From assembly GCA_964419995.1 (NCBI GenBank), contig CAYQRN010000002.1:1-56247 (forward strand): a stretch of DNA of 56,247 nt, read 5' to 3'. Shown here in pieces: positions 43,897 through 52,516 of the stretch. The translations under genes were made by a program, and so were the position numbers. Each line of letters starts with the position of its first letter. Position 1 is the first letter of the stretch. The DNA is from an uncultured Planctomycetia bacterium (lineage in GTDB: Bacteria > Planctomycetota > GCA-002687715 > CAYQRN01). The notes under the pieces were generated by a model that had not been told where the DNA came from, did not search any database, and saw nothing but the letters and a program-made list of their open reading frames with translations.

Positions 43897-45089
43897 GCGG
43901 GGTCCGAGGGTCGGAGGTTCGGATGGACATTCGGAAGACGGGCCGGGGAGCTGTCGTCACGGGCATGTTCGTGCTCGCGGCGATCGGCATCATCATCTTC
44001 CTCGCGTTCAAGCCCATCCGGGAGGTCTTCCGACCCGACCTCCGGTACTTCGCCTACATCGACAACGTGGGGCAGCTCAAGGAAGGCGACCAGGTCACGA
44101 TCCGTGGATACGGCGTCGGCAAGGTCGTGAGCATCGAACCCTCGTTCCGGGGCCAGGACGAACCGGATCCTGGCCTTCGCGGGACGCCGACGCTGCGCGT
44201 CGTTTTCGGAGTCCGCGACGATCCGCGGGTCCGGGTCAAAGCGGGCGCATCCGTCGCGGTGGAAGCCAACAGCATCCTCGGCGGCGCCCATCTCGAGCTG
44301 ACGCTGTTCCGCCCAGGGACCCCCATGGATGCGCGGAGCTATGCGGATCCCGCCGGCGATCACGACCGGGAGATGGCAATCCCCGTGGGCGCCTCGAGCG
44401 ACATTCTCGCCACCGTGCGGAAGGTGAACCAGCTCCTCGCGGAGCAGATCGAGCCCGGTCTGCGGACGCTCAACGCCGGCCTCGAGAAGGTCATGGACCG
44501 GGTGCTCTCGGACGTCAACATCGAGCACTTCAACCGGATCATTGCGGATCTCGAGACGCTCGCGAACGACCTTCCGGGGCACGTCGACCGGCTCGTGCGA
44601 CGCCTCGACGGCGAGGTCCTGCCGGAGGTCACGGACCTCCTCCGGCGAACGGGGCGCGATGTCGACGCGCTCACGACGGACGCCCAGGCCCTGATCGCGG
44701 ATCTCCGCGGCACGGCGAAGAACGTGGATCGGACGCTCGAAACGGCAGAGCAGGAGCTCGTGCGCCTCTCCGACTCGCTCAATGTCAAGGTCCTGCCGCG
44801 GATCTCGAGCCTCGCCGACGATCTCCAGGTCCGGATCGCCGGGACCCTCGAGAACGCCAACGACCTCGTCGACGATCTCCAGGAGACGATTGCCGTGCTG
44901 CGCCCCGATCTCACGCGCCTCCTCGTCGAGGGCCGGGACACGCTGGTGGAGGTGAAGCTCCTCTCCAGGTCCATCCGGAGCGACCCCTCGTCGCTTCTCT
45001 GGGGTCCGACACGGAATGTCGTCGGCCCCATGCGCCCCTACGAGCTCGAGCTCAGGAACAGCGGTCGGGCGAGGCCGTATGAGTATTGA
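43893..45089 (+). CDS. mlaD: MlaD/MCE-domain protein with a long helical C-terminal extension
   Basis: The N-terminal TM helix is 'AVVTGMFVLAAIGIIIFL' and the MCE barrel region 'YIDNVGQLKEGDQVTIRGYGVGKVVSIEP'. About 230 aa of helical repeats follow. The GTG start overlaps the mlaF stop; an alternative ATG lies at 43923. Confidence 0.7.
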   Translation: MSGVRGSEVRMDIRKTGRGAVVTGMFVLAAIGIIIFLAFKPIREVFRPDLRYFAYIDNVGQLKEGDQVTIRGYGVGKVVSIEPSFRGQDEPDPGLRGTPTLRVVFGVRDDPRVRVKAGASVAVEANSILGGAHLELTLFRPGTPMDARSYADPAGDHDREMAIPVGASSDILATVRKVNQLLAEQIEPGLRTLNAGLEKVMDRVLSDVNIEHFNRIIADLETLANDLPGHVDRLVRRLDGEVLPEVTDLLRRTGRDVDALTTDAQALIADLRGTAKNVDRTLETAEQELVRLSDSLNVKVLPRISSLADDLQVRIAGTLENANDLVDDLQETIAVLRPDLTRLLVEGRDTLVEVKLLSRSIRSDPSSLLWGPTRNVVGPMRPYELELRNSGRARPYEY

Positions 45090-46119
45090 CGTGAGTCCCG
45101 TCGCGCGCCTCCTCTCCGGTTGTCTTCTCCTCCTTCTCGCCGGGTGCCGGAGCGCGGAAGAGCCGGAGTTCGTCATGGGGGCGCGGGCCTACGAGGCCGG
45201 GAACATCTCGGAGGCCATCGAGCACTACCGTGCCGCCATCCACCGGGACTTCGGGAACTACCGCGCGCATTTCAATCTCGGATCGATCTACCACGAGCTC
45301 TGGGAGAAGCGCCGTTCCGACGATCCGGAGGCCGCCGGCCGCCACGCGGAACTGGCGCTCGCGTCCTACGACGAGGTTCTCCGCCACCGCCCGTCGAGCC
45401 CGCGGGCGCTCTCGAACAAGGCGCTCCTCCTCGACGGTCTCGGCCGCGGGGAGGAGGCCATGGCGATGCTGCAGGCTGCCATGGCCACAGGTCACGACAG
45501 CGAGGATGGAGCGGCGATTCCCTTCTACACGGCGGGACGGATGCGCGAGCGCACGGGGGATCTGGCCGGCGCCGAGACCTTCTACCGGGAAGGCCTCGAG
45601 AGGGACCCCGTCCACGACCTCTCGCTCTACGCGCTATCCGCCCTCCTCCTGGCGGCTCCGGCGGAGAGCCTGACCGAGGAGCGCCTGTCGGACATGCTGA
45701 AGCGCCTCGACACGGGCCTCGCCAGCCACGCGACCGATGCGCTCCTTCGGATGAACCGCTCGCGTCTGCTCGGGATCGAAGCCGAGCGTCTCAGGGCGGC
45801 TGGTGACGAGGCGGGAGCGCGGGACGCCGCAAGCAGGTCCATCGAGGATCTCGAGATGGCCGCGTCGCTGGACCCGCGACGTGCCGCCATCCAGGCTGCT
45901 CTGTCCGGGGCTCACGGCGCCCTGGCGGAGTCCGGGGGCCCGGAGGCGCGCCGCCACGGCGAGCTCGCGCTCTTCCACCTCTGGAAGACGCGGTGGATCC
46001 TCGACGATGCGATCTTTCTCGCCGATCCGGCTGACCGTGCCGCCGTGGATCGAGCGGCGATCGATCGGCGGGAGGCTGCACTTCTCCGGCTCCTGCTCGG
46101 GTTCTCCGGAGGCCCGTGA
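45079..46119 (+). CDS. TPR-repeat lipoprotein
   Basis: The lipobox is 'LLLLLAGC'. TPR units include 'ARAYEAGNISEAIEHYRAAIHRDFGNYRAHFNLGSIY' and 'ASYDEVLRHRPSSPRALSNKALLL'. It overlaps the mlaD-like stop by 11 nt. Confidence 0.65.
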   Translation: MSIDVSPVARLLSGCLLLLLAGCRSAEEPEFVMGARAYEAGNISEAIEHYRAAIHRDFGNYRAHFNLGSIYHELWEKRRSDDPEAAGRHAELALASYDEVLRHRPSSPRALSNKALLLDGLGRGEEAMAMLQAAMATGHDSEDGAAIPFYTAGRMRERTGDLAGAETFYREGLERDPVHDLSLYALSALLLAAPAESLTEERLSDMLKRLDTGLASHATDALLRMNRSRLLGIEAERLRAAGDEAGARDAASRSIEDLEMAASLDPRRAAIQAALSGAHGALAESGGPEARRHGELALFHLWKTRWILDDAIFLADPADRAAVDRAAIDRREAALLRLLLGFSGGP

Positions 46120-47183
46120 TGCGCCGGGCGATCCCGGCGCTGGCAGCGATCCTCCTCGGGGCCGCGGGCGCCGGCGCCTGCGCCCAGGAATCCGGACCGG
46201 CCGGGACCGCGAGAGATCACGTGGGGCTCGTGGCGCGGGACCGCCCGGTGCGCCCGGCGGATGATCCCGCCCTCGGCGCCGACCTGGCGGCCTTCGAGCC
46301 GGAGATCCCCGGCGACTTCGCCTTCCGACGCCGCCGTCTCCGGGATTCGGAGCGGGGCACGGTCCATGCCGTGGAGTTTCCGAGCGGCAGGCCGAGCGGC
46401 GACTCGGAGAACGACCTCGTCCCGGCCGAACTCCATCTCCCCGCGGGAGGGAAGGTCGGAGCCGGGGCCGTGATCCTCCATCATCTCGCCGACGACGCCC
46501 GGCTCGAGCGGGCGATCTGCGGCGCGCTCGCGGCGCGGGGCATCGCGGCCCTCCTCGTGTGGTTGCCGTATTACGGAGATCGTGGCCGTGCAGCGGGCCG
46601 GCGGCCTCTCCTCGATGCCGACCTCGGAATGTCCGTCCGGCGGATGCGCCAGGCGGTCTCCGATGCGCGGCGGGCGCTGGCCGTGCTGGGCGCCTGCCAG
46701 GAGGTGCGAGGATCCCGCATCGGACTCCTCGGCGTGAGCCTCGGCGCCATCGTCGGAGCCGTGGCGGCGGGCGTGGATGGCGCGGTCGACCGCACGATCC
46801 TCGTGCTCGGCGGCGCGGATCTTTCCGAGATCCTCCTTCATCCGTCCCGGGAGACGTCGGGAGCGCGCCGACGGATCGAGGCCCTCGGGCTCACGCGCGA
46901 AGAACTCCGGTCGGCGCTCATGCCCATCGAGCCCGCGCGGTACGCCCGTCGTATCGGCGCGGATCGGGCGCTCCTCATCAACGCCGAGAACGACCGGGTC
47001 ATTCCGCGGGCCGCCACGGAGCGACTCCGGGAGGCCATCGGCATGCCGCGGCTCCATTGGTACAAGGGGGACCACGTCACCGCGGGCCTCGCCCACTTCC
47101 CGGCGATCCTCGACCTCGCCGCGGAGCATCTCGCCGGCGGCGCAGCGACGGGGCGGGGCGATGCGCCGGCGCCGCGGGACTGA
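46116..47183 (+). CDS. secreted alpha/beta-fold hydrolase (dienelactone-hydrolase/peptidase S9-like)
   Basis: The signal is 'MMRRAIPALAAILLGAAGAGAC' and the nucleophile elbow 'LLGVSLGA'. The distal acid and His candidates are 'NAENDRVIP' and 'YKGDHVT'. The start overlaps the upstream stop. Confidence 0.65.
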   Translation: MMRRAIPALAAILLGAAGAGACAQESGPAGTARDHVGLVARDRPVRPADDPALGADLAAFEPEIPGDFAFRRRRLRDSERGTVHAVEFPSGRPSGDSENDLVPAELHLPAGGKVGAGAVILHHLADDARLERAICGALAARGIAALLVWLPYYGDRGRAAGRRPLLDADLGMSVRRMRQAVSDARRALAVLGACQEVRGSRIGLLGVSLGAIVGAVAAGVDGAVDRTILVLGGADLSEILLHPSRETSGARRRIEALGLTREELRSALMPIEPARYARRIGADRALLINAENDRVIPRAATERLREAIGMPRLHWYKGDHVTAGLAHFPAILDLAAEHLAGGAATGRGDAPAPRD

Positions 47184-47194
47184 GGGAGGCGCTC

Positions 47195-48406
47195 ATGCTC
47201 GAGAAGACCGATCCGGAGGCTTTCGGCCTCCTCGACACGGAGCGCCGGTTCCGGGCGCGGACGCTCGACTTCGTTCCGAGCGACAACCACGCCTCCGCAG
47301 CCGTGCGCGAGGCCGAGACGTATCCGCTCTTCTACTCCGAGAACGACGGGCGCAACTGGTACTACCCCGGGTGCGGCACCGTCCGCGCGGTGGAGAGTCT
47401 CTGCCGGGAGCGGGCGCTTCGTGTGTTCCGGGGATCCGAACACGTCAACGTGAAGCCATCGGACGGCACCCGCGGCAACGAGGCGGCCTACCGGGCGATG
47501 CTGGCCGAGGGCGACACGATCCTCTCCCTCGATCTCCGGGCGGGCGGCCATCTCTCCCACGGTCTCCCAGCGAACTACTCGGGGAAGCTCTACCGGATCG
47601 TGAGCTACGGCGTCACGCCGGAGGGGCTTATCGACTACGATCAGGTGCGCCGTCTCGCGAAGGAGACGCGGCCGCGCATGATCATCGCCGGAGGGTCGTC
47701 CTGCCCGGCGGCCACGCGCTTCGACATCTTCCGGGAGATCGCCGATGACTGCGGCGCGCTCCTCCACGCCGACATCTCGCACTTCGCCGGACTCGTGGCA
47801 GCCGGCCTCCACCCGACGCCGTTCCCCCTCGCCGACACGGTGATGACGACGACCCAGAAGACGCTCCGGGGTCCGAAGGGAGCGCTCCTCTTCTCGAAGC
47901 GCGAACACGACCGACGCATCGACTCCGCAGTGTTTCCGGGCGTCATGGCCCATGCCCCGGGCTCGAATCTCCTCGCGAAGGCCGTGGCTCTCGGAGAGGC
48001 GGCGCTGCCGGCGTTCGCCGCGCTCATGGGCCGCGTCGTCGAGCTGGCCCGGACCCTTGCGGATGGGCTCAGGCAGGAGGACTTCGACCTCGTCACCGGA
48101 GGCACCGAGACCCACCTCCTCGTCGTGGACCTCCGGAAGACGGGCATGGACGGGAAGACGGCGCAGGGAATCCTCGAGGACGTGGGGATTCTCGCGAACA
48201 AGCAGCTCATCCCCTTCGACGAGCGTCCGCCCACCGTGGCGAGCGGAATCCGCTTCGGTTCACCGTGCGCGGCGAGCCGCGGCCTCGGCGTCCCCGAGGT
48301 CCGCGAGGTGGCCCGCATCGTCAGCGCGGCGCTCCGGGGCACCCAGGACCGGGACGCTCTGAAGAGCCGCGTGCGCGAGATCGCCGAGGCCCATCCGATC
48401 CCCTGA
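47195..48406 (+). CDS. serine hydroxymethyltransferase-fold PLP enzyme, divergent (SHMT-like)
   Basis: The ATG at 47195 follows GGGAGG. It is collinear with GlyA: 'GGHLSHG', 'HADISHFAGLVAAG', 'TTTQKTLRGPKG' and 'SGIRFGSP'. Several canonical residues are replaced (see findings). The 615-aa track ORF's N-terminal part overlaps the hydrolase gene. Confidence 0.8.
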   Translation: MLEKTDPEAFGLLDTERRFRARTLDFVPSDNHASAAVREAETYPLFYSENDGRNWYYPGCGTVRAVESLCRERALRVFRGSEHVNVKPSDGTRGNEAAYRAMLAEGDTILSLDLRAGGHLSHGLPANYSGKLYRIVSYGVTPEGLIDYDQVRRLAKETRPRMIIAGGSSCPAATRFDIFREIADDCGALLHADISHFAGLVAAGLHPTPFPLADTVMTTTQKTLRGPKGALLFSKREHDRRIDSAVFPGVMAHAPGSNLLAKAVALGEAALPAFAALMGRVVELARTLADGLRQEDFDLVTGGTETHLLVVDLRKTGMDGKTAQGILEDVGILANKQLIPFDERPPTVASGIRFGSPCAASRGLGVPEVREVARIVSAALRGTQDRDALKSRVREIAEAHPIP

Positions 48407-48459
48407 ATGTCGTCACGTCACGCTCGTCGCGCCGTCCTGGTCAACGCCACGTCGCCCGG

Positions 48460-49623
48460 CTACTGGATCACGAGCTCGGCAACATTGGACGTACTTGTCG
48501 GGTCGCTGAGGCGGAGACCGGGCGTCGAGAGTCGGAGGGCGCCATCCATCGCCGGTGGCGCCTGAGTCCGTCGAGGTCCATCAGGGCAGCGCGCACCGCC
48601 TCGCGTTCCTGCCCGAAGGCGCCCGTCTCTTGAGCGGCTGCAACGAGGGCGTCGGGCGGCTCCGGGGCGTGCCGTCGCGGCTGAGCTCTCCATCCCTGTC
48701 GGCGTCCGCACGTGCAACAGCCGTGCAGCCTCCGGCAGGGCGGCGCGGCCACGCACCGTGGTGGTCATGAAGCCGAGGCCAGGAGGGGCGGCTCGACCAC
48801 CTCTCTGAGCGTATTGTCCGGGCCAAGAGACGCGTGAGGCTTCCCGCCGCGGTGGTGGCGGCCACGATCGTGATCGGTTGCAGCTCGAAGCGCACCGACC
48901 TCGACCTCCGGCCGTCGGGCACGAGCAGCGTGAGGGCTCCGCTCTCAATCGCTTCGTAGAGCAGCTCCATGAGCCGGATCGGCAGGGCGTTGCATCTCGT
49001 CGATGAAGATCACCGATCCACAGGCGGCCGAGAGGAGGATCGTGATGAGCGCCACCGCGTCCCGAATGAGGGGCGCGTTGGCGATTCGGGCCTCCGTTCC
49101 CATCCCGGCGGCGATGGCCCTGGCGAAGGTGGTATTCCCTGTCCCCGCGGGACCGTCGATGAGGCAGTGGGGCACGGTCCTCCGCTCCCGGCGGGCGGCG
49201 GCGGTTGCACGTGCGAACAGCCGCCTCGCTTCCTCCTGCCCCACGAGGCCCTGATGGCCCGCCTCCTCCGACTCCCCGGCCGGGTCCGACCGGGCCGTCA
49301 CCTCGACAGGCATTCTCCTTTCCCGCCTCGAAGTCGAGGAGTCTGTTCCCGTCGTTCCACTGGAAGAGATGCCCGATGCGGCACGATTGGCCGGAGTTGA
49401 CCATAGGACCGAGGTCCTTGAAGGTCACGCGGCTTGTTTTCGCAGCCTCCGAAGCCGCGCCCGGCTCCGCCCTGATCGTCCGGAGGATCCGCGGTAGTGC
49501 CTCGCCGCCCTCCGTCGCGGGGTCGCAGAGGACCGACTCCGGGGTCTCCCTCCGCAGGGGTTTGGGGCCCTCGTCGCTGTGCATCTCCGCCTGGTCGAAG
49601 CGGCGGCGAAGGCCGATGGACAA
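48460..49623 (-). pseudogene. decayed RuvB-like AAA+ ATPase gene (multiple frameshifts, Walker A Lys lost, truncated C-terminus)
   Basis: RuvB-collinear pieces lie in different frames. Frame a (49313-48945) reads 'GLVGQEEARRLF..HCLIDGPAGTGNTTFARAIAAGMG..GSVIFIDEMQR'. Frame b (48970-48581) reads 'ELLYEAIESGALTLLVPDGRRSRSVRFELQPITIVAATTAAGSLT .. SRDGTPR'. A third frame reads 'AVRAALMDLDGL' and a fourth reads 'GLRLSDPTSTSNVAELVIQ*'. GTGNTT replaces the G-x-GKT(T) Walker A. Confidence 0.55.
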
Positions 49624-50026
49624 CCGGAATGCGGCGGTGCGGTCGAGTCACAGCTCCGCGACCGCGTCGTGGCCGTGCTCGAGCAGGGCAGGAGCTGGTG
49701 CTCCCGGCGCTCATCCATCTCAGCAAGGTAGAAGGCCAGGATCCTGTGGCGCACGTCCGGGTGCCGGCACGCCGCCCGGAGCCGCGCGTGCTTCTCCTTC
49801 GCGGGAGGACCGACGCGAGCTCGATCTCCTCCGCCCGAGCCCGGACGACAGCCGGCGCTCCGCAATGCTCCGCCTCGGCCATGCGATCGCGCCTTTCGCC
49901 CGGCAGCTGCCTTTCCGGAATGTCGTCGCCCGCCAACGCCACCTTGGACGGACCTCGCCGGCCGCAGGGATTCCGCCAGCTTGACGGAGAGATACCGGAA
50001 GCAAGATGGCGTGGGAGCTGGCGGAG

Positions 50027-51115
50027 TCAGATGAGGGGGCGGAGGATGCGCCAGAGGGCGGAGAGGGCGCCGTCGAGGACGGCGGCGACGCGGCGGCCGG
50101 CGGGGGATCGGAAGAGGCGGGGATGGAGGGGCGTGGGGCCGCCGCGGAGGATGTCCCGGTCGGGGACGACGCGGCGCCGCGCGAGGGTCCGCCGCGCCTC
50201 CATCGTGGCCCCGAGGTGCGCGATGTTCCATCTCACCGCGGCGACCTCTGCGTCGGCCCATCCCCGGACGAGGACGAAGGCGAGGGCGGCAATCTCGTAA
50301 AGGAGGAGCAGGGGCAGGAGCGCGAGGAGGGTCCGGAGGCGGAGTGTCTTCGCCATGAAGTACCAGCGGTTGCGGATCGATAAGTAGGCCCGCCGAAGCG
50401 GGTAGCTCTGGCCGCGGAAGGAAAGGCCCTCCGTCCCCTCGCGGTGGAGCACGAGGGCGGAGGGCGCGTTCATGATCGTGCGACCCGCGAGGGAGAGGCG
50501 GGCGCCGAAGTCGAGGTCCTCGAAGTGGAAGAAGTAGGCGTCATCGAAAGGCGGGCCGGGGGGAAGGGCGGAGCGCCGGACGAGGAAGGCCGTCGTCATG
50601 ATGGAACCGACGCGGGCCGGGTCGCGGGGCGCCGAGGAGAGGGGCACGCCGCCGTTCACGAGGCTCATGAGTCCCGTGAAGTGGACGTCGGCGCCGTCGG
50701 CCCTCACGACGTCGGGATGCCCGGCGTCGACGATGCGGGCCTGGATGGCCGCAGCCTCCGGATGGAGGGCGAGGACGCGCGCGAGCTCGCGGAAGCACCC
50801 GGGGTCCGGCAGGGCGTCGTTGTCGAGGCAGACGACGAGATCGTTGTGCGCCGCTGCGATGCCGAGGTTCCGCGCACCGCCGGGCCCTAAGTTGGCGGGC
50901 GTACTGAGGACGCGGATGTCGGGTCGGAGGCGCCGCGCGAGGGCGATGCCGCCGTCGGAAGAAGCGTCGTCGACGAGGACGATCTCCGCGGGGGGATCGG
51001 TCTGGGCCTCGAGGGCGCGGAGGATGCCGGCGACGTAGCGCTCGCCGTCATGGTTCACGATGACGGCGGAGACCGGGCCCGCGGCCATCCCGGCGCGAGC
51101 CGGATCAGGAGCCAA
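50027..51115 (-). CDS. family 2 glycosyltransferase
   Basis: 'VSAVIVNHDGERYVAGILRALEAQTDPPAEIVLVDDASSDGG', 'ANLGPGGARNLGI' and 'VVCLDNDALP' (DxD). C-terminal hydrophobic helices follow. Confidence 0.8.
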   Translation of the reverse strand: MAPDPARAGMAAGPVSAVIVNHDGERYVAGILRALEAQTDPPAEIVLVDDASSDGGIALARRLRPDIRVLSTPANLGPGGARNLGIAAAHNDLVVCLDNDALPDPGCFRELARVLALHPEAAAIQARIVDAGHPDVVRADGADVHFTGLMSLVNGGVPLSSAPRDPARVGSIMTTAFLVRRSALPPGPPFDDAYFFHFEDLDFGARLSLAGRTIMNAPSALVLHREGTEGLSFRGQSYPLRRAYLSIRNRWYFMAKTLRLRTLLALLPLLLLYEIAALAFVLVRGWADAEVAAVRWNIAHLGATMEARRTLARRRVVPDRDILRGGPTPLHPRLFRSPAGRRVAAVLDGALSALWRILRPLI

Positions 51116-52310
51116 GGAGCCCCGCGTAGATCTCGAGAAGCTTCTTCTCGTGGGGCGCCGCTTCGAAACGCTGGATGGCCTCGTTGCGGGCGCTCTCGCC
51201 CATGGATCGGGAGAGCTCCGTGTCTTCGAGGCACTGGAGGATGCCCTCGGCGAAGGCCGTTACGTCGCCGTCCGCTGCGAGCCAGCCGCTCTGCCGGTGG
51301 GCGAGGGCCTTGGCCCCGGTGCTCTCGAAGCAGACGATGGGACGTCCTGCGGCCATGTAGTTGAGGAGCTTCACGGGGAAACCGATGCAGTTCGGCCGCG
51401 GCAGGGCGACGACGTCGGCGGCGGCGAGGTAGTCGGGAATCTCCTCGAAGAGCTTCTCCCCGACGCAGGTGAGCCGGTCCGCGATGCCGAGGGCCGCCGC
51501 CTGCGCTTCGAGGGCGTCGGAGCGAGGGCTCACGAGGAGGAGATGGGCGTCGGGGGACCGCCGCGCGACCGTGGCGAAGGCCTGGAGGAGCGCATCCACT
51601 CCTTGGAAGGGCGCAAGGTTCCCGGTGTAGACCACGAGGCGGCGGTTCTCAAGGCCGAGGGCCTCGCGGATGGGGCGGGGGTCGCGGTCGAGGAAGTCGC
51701 GGGTGTTCACGGACATGGGAACGACCGAGACACGGTGCGCCGGTACGCCCCGGCTGCGTATGAACGCGGCGAGCTCGTCCGAAACGCAGATGACGTGGTC
51801 GGCTCGGAGAGGTACCTGCGAGTCGAGGAGCGAGGCTGCGGCCCGGCGGAGCACGCGCGGCACGCGAAAATCGTCATACTCGTGGATCTCGTCCGCGAGT
51901 GACGTATGCGCATCGTAGATGATTCGGCAGCGCGTTCCGGTGGCCCGGAGGAGCAGCGCGAGGATGGCGCCCTCGAAGTGGTGGGCGTGGATCAGGCGGA
52001 TACCGTGCTCGAGGACCACCTTGCGGAGCCGGAAGAAGAGGAGCGGGTCGAGGAGGAGGAGCTTCCCGAAGGTGGGGCCCGCGCCGAACTCCCTGTACCG
52101 CCGTATCGCTCTGGTCCTGTGGATCACGGCTCCCGGTACGTCCGGGCCGGAGCCGAGATGGTAGGTCACGACGTGGGGGAGGTAGCCGTGGCGGACGAGG
52201 ATCTCGGTGATGTGGCGGATCCGGGCCGGCGTCCCCCGGTTGGCCGGGAAAGGGCAGGCCGCAACGATGGCGATCGGTTCGCCCGGCGTGGAATGCAGCC
52301 CCGTCGTCAC
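51105..52310 (-). CDS. family 4 glycosyltransferase
   Basis: The GTG at 52310 is preceded by GAGGA. Motifs are 'IAIVAACPFPANRGTPARIRHITEIL' and 'DVVALPRPNCIGFPVKLLNYMAAGRPIVCFESTGAKALAHRQSGWLAADGD' (the GT4 E-x7-E region). The track ORF's upstream 99 codons are Arg-rich and run into the divergent gene. Confidence 0.8.
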   Translation of the reverse strand: MTTGLHSTPGEPIAIVAACPFPANRGTPARIRHITEILVRHGYLPHVVTYHLGSGPDVPGAVIHRTRAIRRYREFGAGPTFGKLLLLDPLLFFRLRKVVLEHGIRLIHAHHFEGAILALLLRATGTRCRIIYDAHTSLADEIHEYDDFRVPRVLRRAAASLLDSQVPLRADHVICVSDELAAFIRSRGVPAHRVSVVPMSVNTRDFLDRDPRPIREALGLENRRLVVYTGNLAPFQGVDALLQAFATVARRSPDAHLLLVSPRSDALEAQAAALGIADRLTCVGEKLFEEIPDYLAAADVVALPRPNCIGFPVKLLNYMAAGRPIVCFESTGAKALAHRQSGWLAADGDVTAFAEGILQCLEDTELSRSMGESARNEAIQRFEAAPHEKKLLEIYAGLLGS

Positions 52311-52516
52311 CCGAAATCCTCGATGCCACCCGCAACGCCAGGGAACGCCGACGCGGCGCCGGCGGCGACCCGTGGCGGCGGATATCCGCGCCGTGGGATC
52401 CCGCGGCAGTTTATCGGAGAATGAAGGCCCATGAAAGCGCGGGGGCCGACACGAACAGGCGCTGCGGAGGGCGCCCGTGGCGCTCCGGCACCGGCGGTCC
52501 AGGGGGCCGGACTTCC

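Noticed and set aside
46559-47194. N-terminal 212 codons of the 615-aa track ORF that ends as the SHMT-like enzyme. The analogous extensions at 16967-17125, 32691-33149, 36089-36238, 38178-38243 and 4561-4779 were also noticed.
   Set aside because: The extensions overlap neighbouring genes in another frame and are compositionally poor. Internal starts with GGAGG-type ribosome-binding sites give family-typical N-termini.
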